A DNA stretch of 14,391 nucleotides, taken from the IMG/VR virus record IMGVR_UViG_2675903650_000028. One strand, written 5' to 3'. Position 1 is the stretch's first letter. Every line of letters begins with the position of its first letter. The notes beneath the pieces are model-generated. The model ran no database searches and had not been told where the DNA came from. It saw only the letters and a list, made by a program, of their open reading frames with translations. The translations under genes and the position numbers were made by a program. This stretch comes from a virus (lineage: Duplodnaviria > Heunggongvirae > Uroviricota > Caudoviricetes). Below, piece by piece: positions 1 to 7,019 of the stretch.

Positions 1-22
1 TAACTATTTGATAATTAATAAA

Positions 23-1318
23 TTAATTTTGCACCACCTCGTTTTGGGGCATGGTTGGGGCAAATTCGCTTAGCTGTGTATTTAACAGGGCTACCTGTGC
101 ATTATTGTTTTCAGACATCCATTTCCCGTATACCTGAAACACCATTTGCGCATCTGCATGTCCCATCTGGTTTGCTATGAATGCCGGGTTGGCACCGGCT
201 GTCAGCGACCAGCAGGCATAAGTATGTCTCGACTGATATGATTTGCGGTGGCGGAGGCCAGCGCGCTTTATCGCTGCGTCCCACATCTGCCTTATTGAGT
301 CAACGGTAAAATGGTCACCATAATTTTTTACTCTCGCTGACACTTCAGGTTGAAAAACAAAGGTGCATTTTTGTTTTTCTGTTCTGCCGAACTCTCTGAG
401 GTGAACGTCAATAATATGTTCTTTGCTCAGCCTCGTTAGTGTCATCTGACTCCTGAGAGCGTCGATTGCAGGCTTGATAAGGTGAATTACCCGATTGGTA
501 CCAGCCTGTGTTTTCGGTACCGTAAAACGATCTTTTGCTAAATTTCTCCTGATCATCATTGTTCCATTTTTCAGATCTATATCCTCCCACCCAAGCGCAC
601 ACAGTTCACCAGGGCGAATGCCTGTATAAACAGAAACACACCATAAATTTTTGGCCTGCTGATTTCTGCAGGCGTCGATAAGACGGATAAATTCCTCCCG
701 TGAAAGAGGATCAGGAATGGTTCTTGATTCCTTTAATGGCGAGATCCCCTTAAACGGATTATCTGCCAGGTAACCGTTATCAACACCGAACTGGAACACG
801 GCGTAAAGATTTGTCATGTAATTATTTACGGTGACAGCCGATCTCCCCGGTTGCGTAACAATATAATTACTTTTGGGGATCTGGTATCCAGTAAGTAATT
901 CTTTACGTACCGCCAGCAATTTTTCTTTATTAATCGACGAGGCAAGATTTTTTTCACCGATTATGCTCAGAATATTTTTGATGACGGCACGGTACGTGTT
1001 GAGTGACGTTTTTGCGACTTCCGTTTCTTTCAGTGCCAGAAATTTTTCAGCCAGTTCCTTTATGGTTAAATCTTGTCGGGCCTCACCAAATTTTTCCAGA
1101 TTGTGTGAGGAGGGAAACTGTTTTGCATAGTCGAAAACGCCGGTTTTTATTGCATAACAAACAGAGGCGCGCAGCTCACCTGCAACGCGCCTGTTTTTTG
1201 TCGTGTCAGGAACCCCCAGATTTTCCCTGACTCTTACACCTTTATAAACAAACCAGATACGTAATTTCCCTCCATGGTTTTCCACGCCTGTCGGATATTT
1301 CATTTTAGCTTCTCTCAT
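23..1318 (-). CDS. Phage tyrosine integrase (lambda-family site-specific recombinase)
   Basis: 431-aa ORF at the prophage end. C-terminal region has box II-like SRHTYACW and a GH...VFQVYGKW segment placing the catalytic Tyr where tyrosine recombinases have it. N-terminus (MKYPTGVE...IWF) resembles the arm-binding region of prophage integrases. Likely true start is the second ATG (1301-1303), which follows GAGAG. Confidence 0.88.
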   Translation of the reverse strand: MREAKMKYPTGVENHGGKLRIWFVYKGVRVRENLGVPDTTKNRRVAGELRASVCYAIKTGVFDYAKQFPSSHNLEKFGEARQDLTIKELAEKFLALKETEVAKTSLNTYRAVIKNILSIIGEKNLASSINKEKLLAVRKELLTGYQIPKSNYIVTQPGRSAVTVNNYMTNLYAVFQFGVDNGYLADNPFKGISPLKESRTIPDPLSREEFIRLIDACRNQQAKNLWCVSVYTGIRPGELCALGWEDIDLKNGTMMIRRNLAKDRFTVPKTQAGTNRVIHLIKPAIDALRSQMTLTRLSKEHIIDVHLREFGRTEKQKCTFVFQPEVSARVKNYGDHFTVDSIRQMWDAAIKRAGLRHRKSYQSRHTYACWSLTAGANPAFIANQMGHADAQMVFQVYGKWMSENNNAQVALLNTQLSEFAPTMPQNEVVQN

Positions 1319-1337
1319 TGGTTAGTATTGTTTTTAG

Positions 1338-1589
1338 TCAAGTAAGATGACGTCTTGGTCTTGCTGATGCCTGACGTTCAATCCAGCGATCAATTTCTTC
1401 CAGGTTGTAAAAGCATGGGCTGTTATCCCATGGCATACCGTCATGGGCTACATGCTTATATTCCCTTCCTTCCATAAACGATTTTTCCCTGGCTTTTTTT
1501 AGCGTTCCCTTTTTTATTCCTTTCAGCGCAATTAGCTGTTCTTCGGATACCCATTTACCGGGAGAGACAATCATGATTACTTCGCTCAT
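1338..1589 (-). CDS. Excisionase-like protein (DUF1233-type putative Xis)
   Basis: 83-aa ORF directly upstream of int on the same strand. Pattern P-x-KWV...GT-x-K-x-AR...GREY-x-HV...DG-x-P...C-x-YN...W matches my recollection of excisionase-like proteins of E. coli prophages. Confidence 0.65.
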   Translation of the reverse strand: MSEVIMIVSPGKWVSEEQLIALKGIKKGTLKKAREKSFMEGREYKHVAHDGMPWDNSPCFYNLEEIDRWIERQASARPRRHLT

Positions 1590-1615
1590 CGCTTTTATCT
1601 CTTACTTCAGATGAG

Positions 1616-1647
1616 CGCCGGTTGCAGAATACCAGTCACAACCGGCG
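1616..1647 (-). repeat. Perfect 9-bp inverted repeat (CGCCGGTTG / CAACCGGCG, 14-nt loop) between the RecE-like stop and the xis start
   Basis: Read directly from sequence. On the transcribed (minus) strand it is not followed by a U-run, so it is not a classic intrinsic terminator. Confidence 0.5.
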
Positions 1648-1658
1648 GTGGTTGAACA

Positions 1659-4139
1659 TTAAAAATCAGCCTGACTCGGGATCAGTTTTTGTATCGTAGC
1701 TGTAACGTATTTTGCCTGGTGACGGGCGTCATCCAGTGCATTGTGGCGCACGCCTTCGAATGGAATAACGGTTCTGGCATCAAAGTCGATTGTTTTTCCC
1801 AGCTCAACGATTGTGCGTACATCGCGATCGTTGTGGTAGCGCCACGGGCAGGGGATGTCCAGACGTTCGTATGAGGTGCGCAAAATTGCGTTATCGAAAG
1901 TCGCATCATTACCCCATACCTGAACGAATTTTTCATCTGAGTATTCGTTGATGAACTCCCGAAACTGCGAAAGGGCATCCTTCAGTTTTACCTGGTCTGT
2001 TAAAATGGCAGCTCTGGCTTCACTGGACTGCTTCAGCCACCATTCGATGGTTCCACCGTCAGGAACAGCCCCTGTATTCATTGCGTCAGTCAGACTGATA
2101 ACGATATAAAATACTGGCCCGATTTCCCCTGTTTGTGGGTCGAAGAAAACCGCACCAATAACCACGATGGGCGCATTGGTGTTGGTTCCCATTGTTTCAA
2201 GGTCGATCATCAAGTGGTACCACACTCTGCTGGTGGATGTGATAACGTGATGACCGTTCACCGCAATTAAGGGATCTGCCGTCTCGCCAGTTTCATTATC
2301 GCTGGCGTGGTCCTGAGCGCTGCCAGCATTCTCCTTGTGTGGATGTTCAGCGCCTTCCATTTCCTCCGGATCATTTTCCTGAACTTCAACCTGATTCTCT
2401 TCATTGAATGTTTCCTGGTATGTTGCGTCGCCCATCACCGCGCCACAATCAGGGCAGTTGCCGCCGCCGGTCTGACCGCAGGCGGTGCAGATCTTTTCCG
2501 GTTCCTGTTGCACTACTGGTTCAGGTTGTTTCGTTTCTGGCTCATTTTGTAACGCATTTGGGCTGTTTTGTTCCGCTTTCTGGCCGTTCTGTTCCGTTTC
2601 TTGCTGGTTTTGGTTCACAGAATCGCGGGTTTCCATCCCCTTCACCCATTTCGGATCATTCGGATCGCTAATTCCTGCAACAAATTCACCACGTGATACT
2701 GCAAGCAGTTCATCGGCGTCAGGCTGGCTGATATTGGCTGCCTGCATAATGTTGTTTACTTCGTCAGCGGTAACTTTTACCGGCCCTGGTTGTGCGGTCG
2801 TGTCAGATGCACCAGTATTTTGTTGTGAACCTGAGTATGTACTGTTTTTGCGGACGAAATATTCTTCTTTCGTGATTTCAGTAGCCCCGGCAGCCAGTGC
2901 CTTATCCAGACCAGAAAGTTTGTTTGCGCGACCGTATTTTTCGCCATCCTTGTCGGTGAAGAGGAAGTAGAACGGCCCCTCACGCTCTACAGATGGTTCG
3001 ACTTCCACTTTGCATTCGGTTTTTTCGTTGTCCGGAATTGCCGTTTCCACTGCATCAGTTTCTGGTACTGGCGACGAGAGAGTATCAGTTGCGATCTGAT
3101 TTGTTCCTTCATCTTCAAACACGCCCTTTGTAGTCAGGTATTCAGTAATGTATTTGTTCAGTGCCACAGGGTCTTTGTGAATGTCGATCGGACGCTCACG
3201 GACAAGGCCAAAAATAGTCTGGCGGTCGTAGCGAAGGGCATCAGGCTGTTTGCGCATTGATGCTGAGATACGCTTCCAGTCTTCGCGGTCGTTGTTGATA
3301 ACTTCATTTTTTGCCCAGCGATGGATGCTGCCGTCAATGTTTCCGGCATCAATGTCACCAGGCCACAGAGCGTAGGCCAGTTCATCATCCAGTGTTTTCC
3401 ATGTCTGCTTATATTCGCGACGAATGACTGCAGTGACAGGGGAGATATTTTCTGCTGAGTTTTCAGTGTGCTGTCGGTTGACTCTGGCGCGGGCGAGATC
3501 AACAGCAGACGTGTATTTTCCGGTTTCCTTGCGTTCACCTTCGCGACGTTTTTTCCAGATGCGCATCTCTGCCTGAATTTCGGGCCATTTAGCTCCAGGC
3601 TTACATTTATGCTTAACCCACCCGATGGCATGCAACTTAAGTTCTGGATACATGGCGTTAACTTCTGGCATTTTCATCAACGCTTCAACGATATGTCCGT
3701 CGAATGTTGCCATGTCTTCCTGCAACAGTTCCTGTGCACTAATCACCATATCAACGGTGATGTTTTCACATGTGTCGAACTTAACCATGACAGCGTTCTG
3801 TACTTCAGGGGCCAGCTTGTCAAAAGTGACGTTCATCGGATCTGATTCAGTCTCAACCGGGACAAAGGAAGCTGACTCCTCATCCCAGCGGTTTTCCTGC
3901 ATATATTCAGCATCCCAGGAATCGAGGGCAGGGCGGGGTATACCGGGTTTATCCTCGCAAACAAGAAATTTATAAGCGCAGTCCTGAGCAGCCGGATAAT
4001 GTTCCAGGAATTGCCAGTGAAATTTTGCGCGGGCGCGACGTTCATCACCGGCTTCAATGGCAGTGGCTACAGCGACTGCACCTTCTTCCTTTATTGCCTG
4101 TTCGTCCGGAATGGCGGCGCAAATAAAGACTTTACTCAT
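1659..4139 (-). CDS. RecE-like exonuclease (exodeoxyribonuclease VIII family) with C-terminal DEDDh-type 3'-5' exonuclease domain and Cys4 zinc ribbon
   Basis: 826-aa ORF. Central stretch (…SRGEFVAGISDPNDPKWVKG…, C-T-A-C-G-x8-C-P-D-C, …DPEEMEGAEHPH…) matches my recollection of the RecE linker region. C-terminal ~190 aa carries Exo I (MIDLETMG), Exo II (WGNDATFD) and Exo III (HNALDDA) motifs. SD GAGG lies upstream of the ATG at 4139. Confidence 0.8.
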   Translation of the reverse strand: MSKVFICAAIPDEQAIKEEGAVAVATAIEAGDERRARAKFHWQFLEHYPAAQDCAYKFLVCEDKPGIPRPALDSWDAEYMQENRWDEESASFVPVETESDPMNVTFDKLAPEVQNAVMVKFDTCENITVDMVISAQELLQEDMATFDGHIVEALMKMPEVNAMYPELKLHAIGWVKHKCKPGAKWPEIQAEMRIWKKRREGERKETGKYTSAVDLARARVNRQHTENSAENISPVTAVIRREYKQTWKTLDDELAYALWPGDIDAGNIDGSIHRWAKNEVINNDREDWKRISASMRKQPDALRYDRQTIFGLVRERPIDIHKDPVALNKYITEYLTTKGVFEDEGTNQIATDTLSSPVPETDAVETAIPDNEKTECKVEVEPSVEREGPFYFLFTDKDGEKYGRANKLSGLDKALAAGATEITKEEYFVRKNSTYSGSQQNTGASDTTAQPGPVKVTADEVNNIMQAANISQPDADELLAVSRGEFVAGISDPNDPKWVKGMETRDSVNQNQQETEQNGQKAEQNSPNALQNEPETKQPEPVVQQEPEKICTACGQTGGGNCPDCGAVMGDATYQETFNEENQVEVQENDPEEMEGAEHPHKENAGSAQDHASDNETGETADPLIAVNGHHVITSTSRVWYHLMIDLETMGTNTNAPIVVIGAVFFDPQTGEIGPVFYIVISLTDAMNTGAVPDGGTIEWWLKQSSEARAAILTDQVKLKDALSQFREFINEYSDEKFVQVWGNDATFDNAILRTSYERLDIPCPWRYHNDRDVRTIVELGKTIDFDARTVIPFEGVRHNALDDARHQAKYVTATIQKLIPSQADF

Positions 4140-4219
4140 GTTGTTTTAACCTCATTACAGATTTAAGGGTGAACAAATCTCTGCCATTGCTGGCATATAA
4201 AAATGAAACCGGATATTAA

Positions 4220-4423
4220 TTACGGTGCTGTTTTAAGTCCTGCCGGGATTTCGTTATTATCCATGAGAATAACTTTATCGACCGGATAGCAGTTACCGGG
4301 AATTTTTTGTTCTGCTGCGGCAGCCATGCATTCTTTCATTGAACCGTAAATGTCAATAACCATGTCAACAGGCTCGCCAGTATTAAGAAAAACAGTCAGA
4401 GTGAGGGCAATAGTAGTATTCAT
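4220..4423 (-). CDS. ydfD: YdfD-like small protein (Qin lysis protein homolog)
   Basis: 67 codons from an internal ATG (4421-4423) preceded by AAGGA; the track ORF extends to 4477. Its ATG overlaps the dicB stop (ATGA). Hydrophobic N-terminus (TIALTLTVFL). Position immediately after dicB matches the dicB-ydfD order of Qin; the protein sequence itself is not confidently recalled. Confidence 0.55.
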   Translation of the reverse strand: MNTTIALTLTVFLNTGEPVDMVIDIYGSMKECMAAAAEQKIPGNCYPVDKVILMDNNEIPAGLKTAP

Positions 4424-4608
4424 TGCCAGTATCCTTTTTGCATCGGGCGTAAACGTGCCAGCATTGAAAGAATGCATATTTTATTTAATAGCTCCCGTTC
4501 GTGTTTTCTCTTATTAATGGCATCTTCAGTAAATACAGGGTTACTGATTCTGACACCAATTTCAAAACAACCTTCAGACGTATTGACGTTTGGTAATAAC
4601 GTTTCCAT
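4420..4608 (-). CDS. dicB: Cell division inhibitor DicB
   Basis: 62-aa product from internal ATG 4606-4608 with GAGGA SD. Sequence METLLPNVNTSEGCFEIGV...NKICI.SMLARLR matches my recollection of 62-aa DicB. The track ORF 4420..4704 is a 5'-extended version. Confidence 0.8.
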   Translation of the reverse strand: METLLPNVNTSEGCFEIGVRISNPVFTEDAINKRKHERELLNKICILSMLARLRPMQKGYWQ

Positions 4609-4787
4609 TATCGCGTCCTCAACAATGAATTTTGTGATGCGGTGCCTGGTGCCTCCAGGTGACGTTAACCAGTTAATAATTAACGCCGGATACAGAGAAC
4701 CCACCCATAAGAACCAATACGGAAGTCAACTGGCCTTTTTAACTGTTCCGCGTGCGCTGAGCCGCATTCACCGCATCACAAAATTCA

Positions 4788-4850
4788 CTTTAAAAGGGGC
4801 GGGTATCATAGGAAAAACAAAACGGATACCCGCTAAAAGGTAATCAACAT
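4788..4850 (-). ncRNA. dicF: DicF-like small RNA (approximate ends)
   Basis: On the minus strand: ...UUUUAGCGGGUAUC-(17-nt loop)-GAUACCCGCCCCUUUU, a hairpin plus short U-tract, followed by AAAGUGAAUUUUGUGAUG. Position (between ydfC and dicB) and architecture match my recollection of DicF and its 3' flank. The loop sequence differs from what I recall for K-12. Confidence 0.45.
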
Positions 4851-5174
4851 GGGTTGTTGCAGCGGGGTTGTCACTCAGGCGTATGGTCAACCTGACAACC
4901 CGGTGGACATTTGCGAGGAACGGAGAACCCCCGCCATACTTACCGCCGCGCCATTTCGCGGAGTGCCACAACCGGAAGCGCACGGTCGACGAAAATTTAA
5001 CGACAGGCTATCTATGAACCAGCAACCTCGCCGTGCGCTTTCGCGTTATGCTCTGACTTTTCAGAGAAATATCCTTTCAGTAAACTGTCAGTGCCGGATG
5101 CTCACCCGTGTCCGGCGCACACACTCCACCTCACCCGTGGAGAACTCCTTAATTACCAACCCTCAGGAGGGTGA

Positions 5175-5303
5175 ATGTTAAAATCAACGCTTATTGCTAA
5201 ATGCCTTTATCAAAATCGCATGGTAAGCAGCATTTCAATAGGCGAATCTGTAGTTAAAAGTATTTTCGAAGAGTACTTTCGAAGAGTACTTTTCTGGGCG
5301 TGA
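5175..5303 (+). CDS. Doubtful 42-codon ORF antisense to the dicB operon
   Basis: ATG 5175 is preceded by AGGAGG (5165-5170), which can pair within a CCCUCAGGAGGG hairpin. The ORF contains a tandem 13-nt repeat (not a multiple of 3), which argues against real coding. Confidence 0.2.
   Translation: MLKSTLIAKCLYQNRMVSSISIGESVVKSIFEEYFRRVLFWA
5265..5290. repeat. Perfect tandem 13-mer TTCGAAGAGTACT x2, near-palindromic (AGTACT / TTCGAA cores)
   Basis: Read directly from sequence; preceded by a partial third copy (AGTATT). Confidence 0.7.
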
Positions 5304-5398
5304 TTTTAATAAATGGAATACCAAATTACCGCCAGCAGTTTCAACGCGTATTCTGAAAGCAACTGAAAGAGCAAGTACAATTCGCGTTAACTATTTCA

Positions 5399-5806
5399 TT
5401 AAAGATTTGTGGGATCTTTGATATCCACAGAGCCTAAAGTATGTGCATATGGATGTGCTATTGTGCGCCCCTGTAAATTTGCATCGTTTTCTAAATCTTT
5501 TGATTTCAACAGAACATCAGCAAGACTCTGAATCATGCAGAGATAATCAAAAACAGTTGCCGTTTCTGTTCTGATTGCTGAAATAACATGACCATTCAGG
5601 CAAACAGAAATTACCCGTTCATCAATATCGTTTTTCTGTTTTTGATTATCAGAACCATATAGCCCTGAAAAAGCATTGCGCACATTACGAACCATATTAT
5701 CGATGGTTTCTTTTTTGGTGTATGCCGGGTCAATTTTCACCAGACTATCACCGAGTGTCGTTGCAGCAATTATCTGGATTTCTTTTGGTAAATCTTTAAA
5801 TTCCAT
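5399..5806 (-). CDS. Hypothetical protein (135 aa), low-GC insertion inside the dicB operon
   Basis: ORF with GAGG SD 7 nt upstream of ATG 5806, 22 nt downstream of the ydfC stop. Visibly AT-rich relative to flanking genes. No motif recognised. Confidence 0.6.
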   Translation of the reverse strand: MEFKDLPKEIQIIAATTLGDSLVKIDPAYTKKETIDNMVRNVRNAFSGLYGSDNQKQKNDIDERVISVCLNGHVISAIRTETATVFDYLCMIQSLADVLLKSKDLENDANLQGRTIAHPYAHTLGSVDIKDPTNL

Positions 5807-5828
5807 TATTAGCCTCGTTGGTTAACCA

Positions 5829-6047
5829 TTAACGTGGGTATGTAATCATTCTGGCAATGCTTAATGCCGCTGCTTTTTCCAGATTGGTGATATCCTGCTC
5901 CAGAGCGGACAGATTTTCAGCCTGCTTAGCCCTGGCTTCATTGGCCCATTTCAGGTCCTGCGCAGCCTTAATTTTCTGGTGCATCCACTCATAAAGTTCA
6001 TCATCGGTATAGTCTGGCGCGATGATGACGGGTTCTCGTTTCTGCAT
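5829..6047 (-). CDS. ydfC: YdfC-like protein (72 aa)
   Basis: Length and position after ydfB match the Qin dicB operon; GAGGA SD upstream. Confidence 0.7.
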   Translation of the reverse strand: MQKREPVIIAPDYTDDELYEWMHQKIKAAQDLKWANEARAKQAENLSALEQDITNLEKAAALSIARMITYPR

Positions 6048-6076
6048 ACTGATTCCTCGCGGTGCTGCTTCGCTTA

Positions 6077-6205
6077 TCAGCCGTTAGATTTTGCCGGGCT
6101 GGAAAGCGCCTGTTTAAATTCGCTGAAGCTGAGGGCTTCTTCGCCTTCGGCAAGGCCTTCGAAGTATTCTTCGTAAGCCTTTTCCATGATTGTGTCGAAA
6201 TCCAT
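6077..6205 (-). CDS. ydfB: YdfB-like protein (42 aa)
   Basis: Not in the ORF track (under 60 aa). Translated by hand: MDFDTIMEKAYEEYFEGLAEGEEALSFSEFKQALSSPAKSNG*. Start is 1 nt after the ydfA stop. Length and position match ydfB. Confidence 0.7.
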   Translation of the reverse strand: MDFDTIMEKAYEEYFEGLAEGEEALSFSEFKQALSSPAKSNG

Positions 6206-6206
6206 A

Positions 6207-6362
6207 TCACCCACCTGAATCTCTTTCCAGCCAGCGACGCGCTCCAGATTCGGTTTTAAACGTTTTGCTTTTGGTATACGTCATTGCGGTGAACGTGCCG
6301 TCCTGGTTTGGAAACACGCCGTACACCAGAGATTCGTTGTTGCCAAGATCGATAGTATCCAT
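6207..6362 (-). CDS. ydfA: YdfA-like protein (51 aa)
   Basis: Internal ATG 6360-6362 with GAGG SD gives 51 aa (MDTIDLGNNESLVYGVFPNQDG...). First gene downstream of the dicB-operon promoter region. Confidence 0.7.
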   Translation of the reverse strand: MDTIDLGNNESLVYGVFPNQDGTFTAMTYTKSKTFKTESGARRWLERDSGG

Positions 6363-6439
6363 GCTGACCTCATTTCCCCTTAACGCCGGGGTAGCGGAAC
6401 TGTTTGCTGAGAACACCGTGCGGTGTCTTGATGCAAGCA

Positions 6440-6499
6440 AGATTAGCCATGACTAACAATTTGGTCAAGCATTTTTGTTTGTCATGACTAACATTTTGG
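6440..6499 (-). promoter_or_regulatory. Putative dicB-operon promoter with two operator-like repeats
   Basis: Minus strand reads TTGACC-17 nt-TAATCT. A TGTTAGTCATG(G/A)C motif occurs twice, once in the spacer and once upstream of the -35 (plus-strand copies at about 6448-6464 and 6483-6499). Confidence 0.5.
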
Positions 6500-6500
6500 G

Positions 6501-6533
6501 CAACCAAAAAGATAACGCATTGATTGCGTTATC
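6501..6533 (-). terminator. Intrinsic terminator at the dicA 3' end (bidirectional-looking)
   Basis: GATAACGCA / TGCGTTATC 9-bp stem with 5-nt loop overlaps the dicA stop; followed by TTTTTGG on the minus strand and TTTTGTTTG on the plus strand. Confidence 0.6.
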
Positions 6534-6936
6534 TTTTGTTTGTTCGTTGACGGGCTTTTAATAACTCTTCAAAGAGTTTGTTGAAATTTTTTACTCGGGC
6601 GCGCATCTCGGTGAGCTGAGCATCCTGTTCTGATTCAGGCAATGCATTAAAAAGCTCAAGGAGCTCATGTTCTTTGGGGGATAGAGCAACTGGCTCCTCA
6701 ATAGGTGGTGATGGCTGCTTGTCTTCATCGCCAAATAGAATCCATGTTGGCGAGCACTGCAGTACTTTGCTGAGGGCAAAAAGATTCTTTCCTGTAGGTT
6801 CGCTATCATCCCGCTCCCATTGTGAAACCGATACGTGAGAAATTTTCAGGGCTTTAGCAAGAGACCTTTGGGTGTATTTGAGGTTTTTTCGGCGATATCT
6901 AATGCGTTCGCCAATGGTTAAATTTTTTGTATCCAT
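6529..6936 (-). CDS. dicA: DicA repressor (HTH, Xre/cI-like)
   Basis: 135-aa ORF. N-terminal HTH (LTIGERIRYRRKNLKYTQRSLAKALKISHVSVSQWER) and the rest of the sequence match my recollection of DicA. Divergent from a Cro-like gene. Confidence 0.88.
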   Translation of the reverse strand: MDTKNLTIGERIRYRRKNLKYTQRSLAKALKISHVSVSQWERDDSEPTGKNLFALSKVLQCSPTWILFGDEDKQPSPPIEEPVALSPKEHELLELFNALPESEQDAQLTEMRARVKNFNKLFEELLKARQRTNKR

Positions 6937-7019
6937 AGTTAGCTAATGCTAAATCTTATTGACTATGTTTTTGTTAACATCTATTTTGTTAGTTATGGCT
7001 AACAATTAAGGTGCTTTAA
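6937..7019. promoter_or_regulatory. Divergent dicA/dicC promoter-operator region
   Basis: Plus strand TTGACT (6959-6964)-17 nt-TATTTT (6982-6987) is a candidate dicC promoter. A 20-bp palindrome TTGTTAGttatggCTAACAA (6986-7005) overlaps its -10 and likely start site. The half-site is shared with the dicB-operon promoter repeats. Confidence 0.55.

Noticed and set aside
1-22. Attachment site or tRNA at the integrase-proximal end
   Set aside because: Only 22 bp remain beyond the int stop. No tRNA-like sequence or repeat can be assessed.
1682-4057. Multiple 60-160-aa ORFs on both strands inside the RecE-like gene (e.g. 2485-2970 +, 3158-3631 -, 3468-3845 +)
   Set aside because: They lie fully within and mostly antisense to a long ORF with recognisable motifs, and have low-complexity, Cys/Ser/Arg-rich translations. 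Treated as spurious.
4472-4983. ORFs 4472-4843 (+) and 4768-4983 (-)
   Set aside because: The first is antisense to dicB; the second runs through the DicF-like hairpin. Neither has a convincing start context.
4849-5181. 110-aa plus-strand ORF in the structured region
   Set aside because: Arg/Pro-rich translation with no protein-like pattern, in a GC-rich segment full of hairpins. More likely non-coding.
6001-6259. Track ORFs 6001-6210 (-) and 6062-6259 (+)
   Set aside because: Both overlap the hand-translated 42-aa ydfB frame, which has a clean start and matches the expected gene. The alternatives are Arg-rich or antisense.
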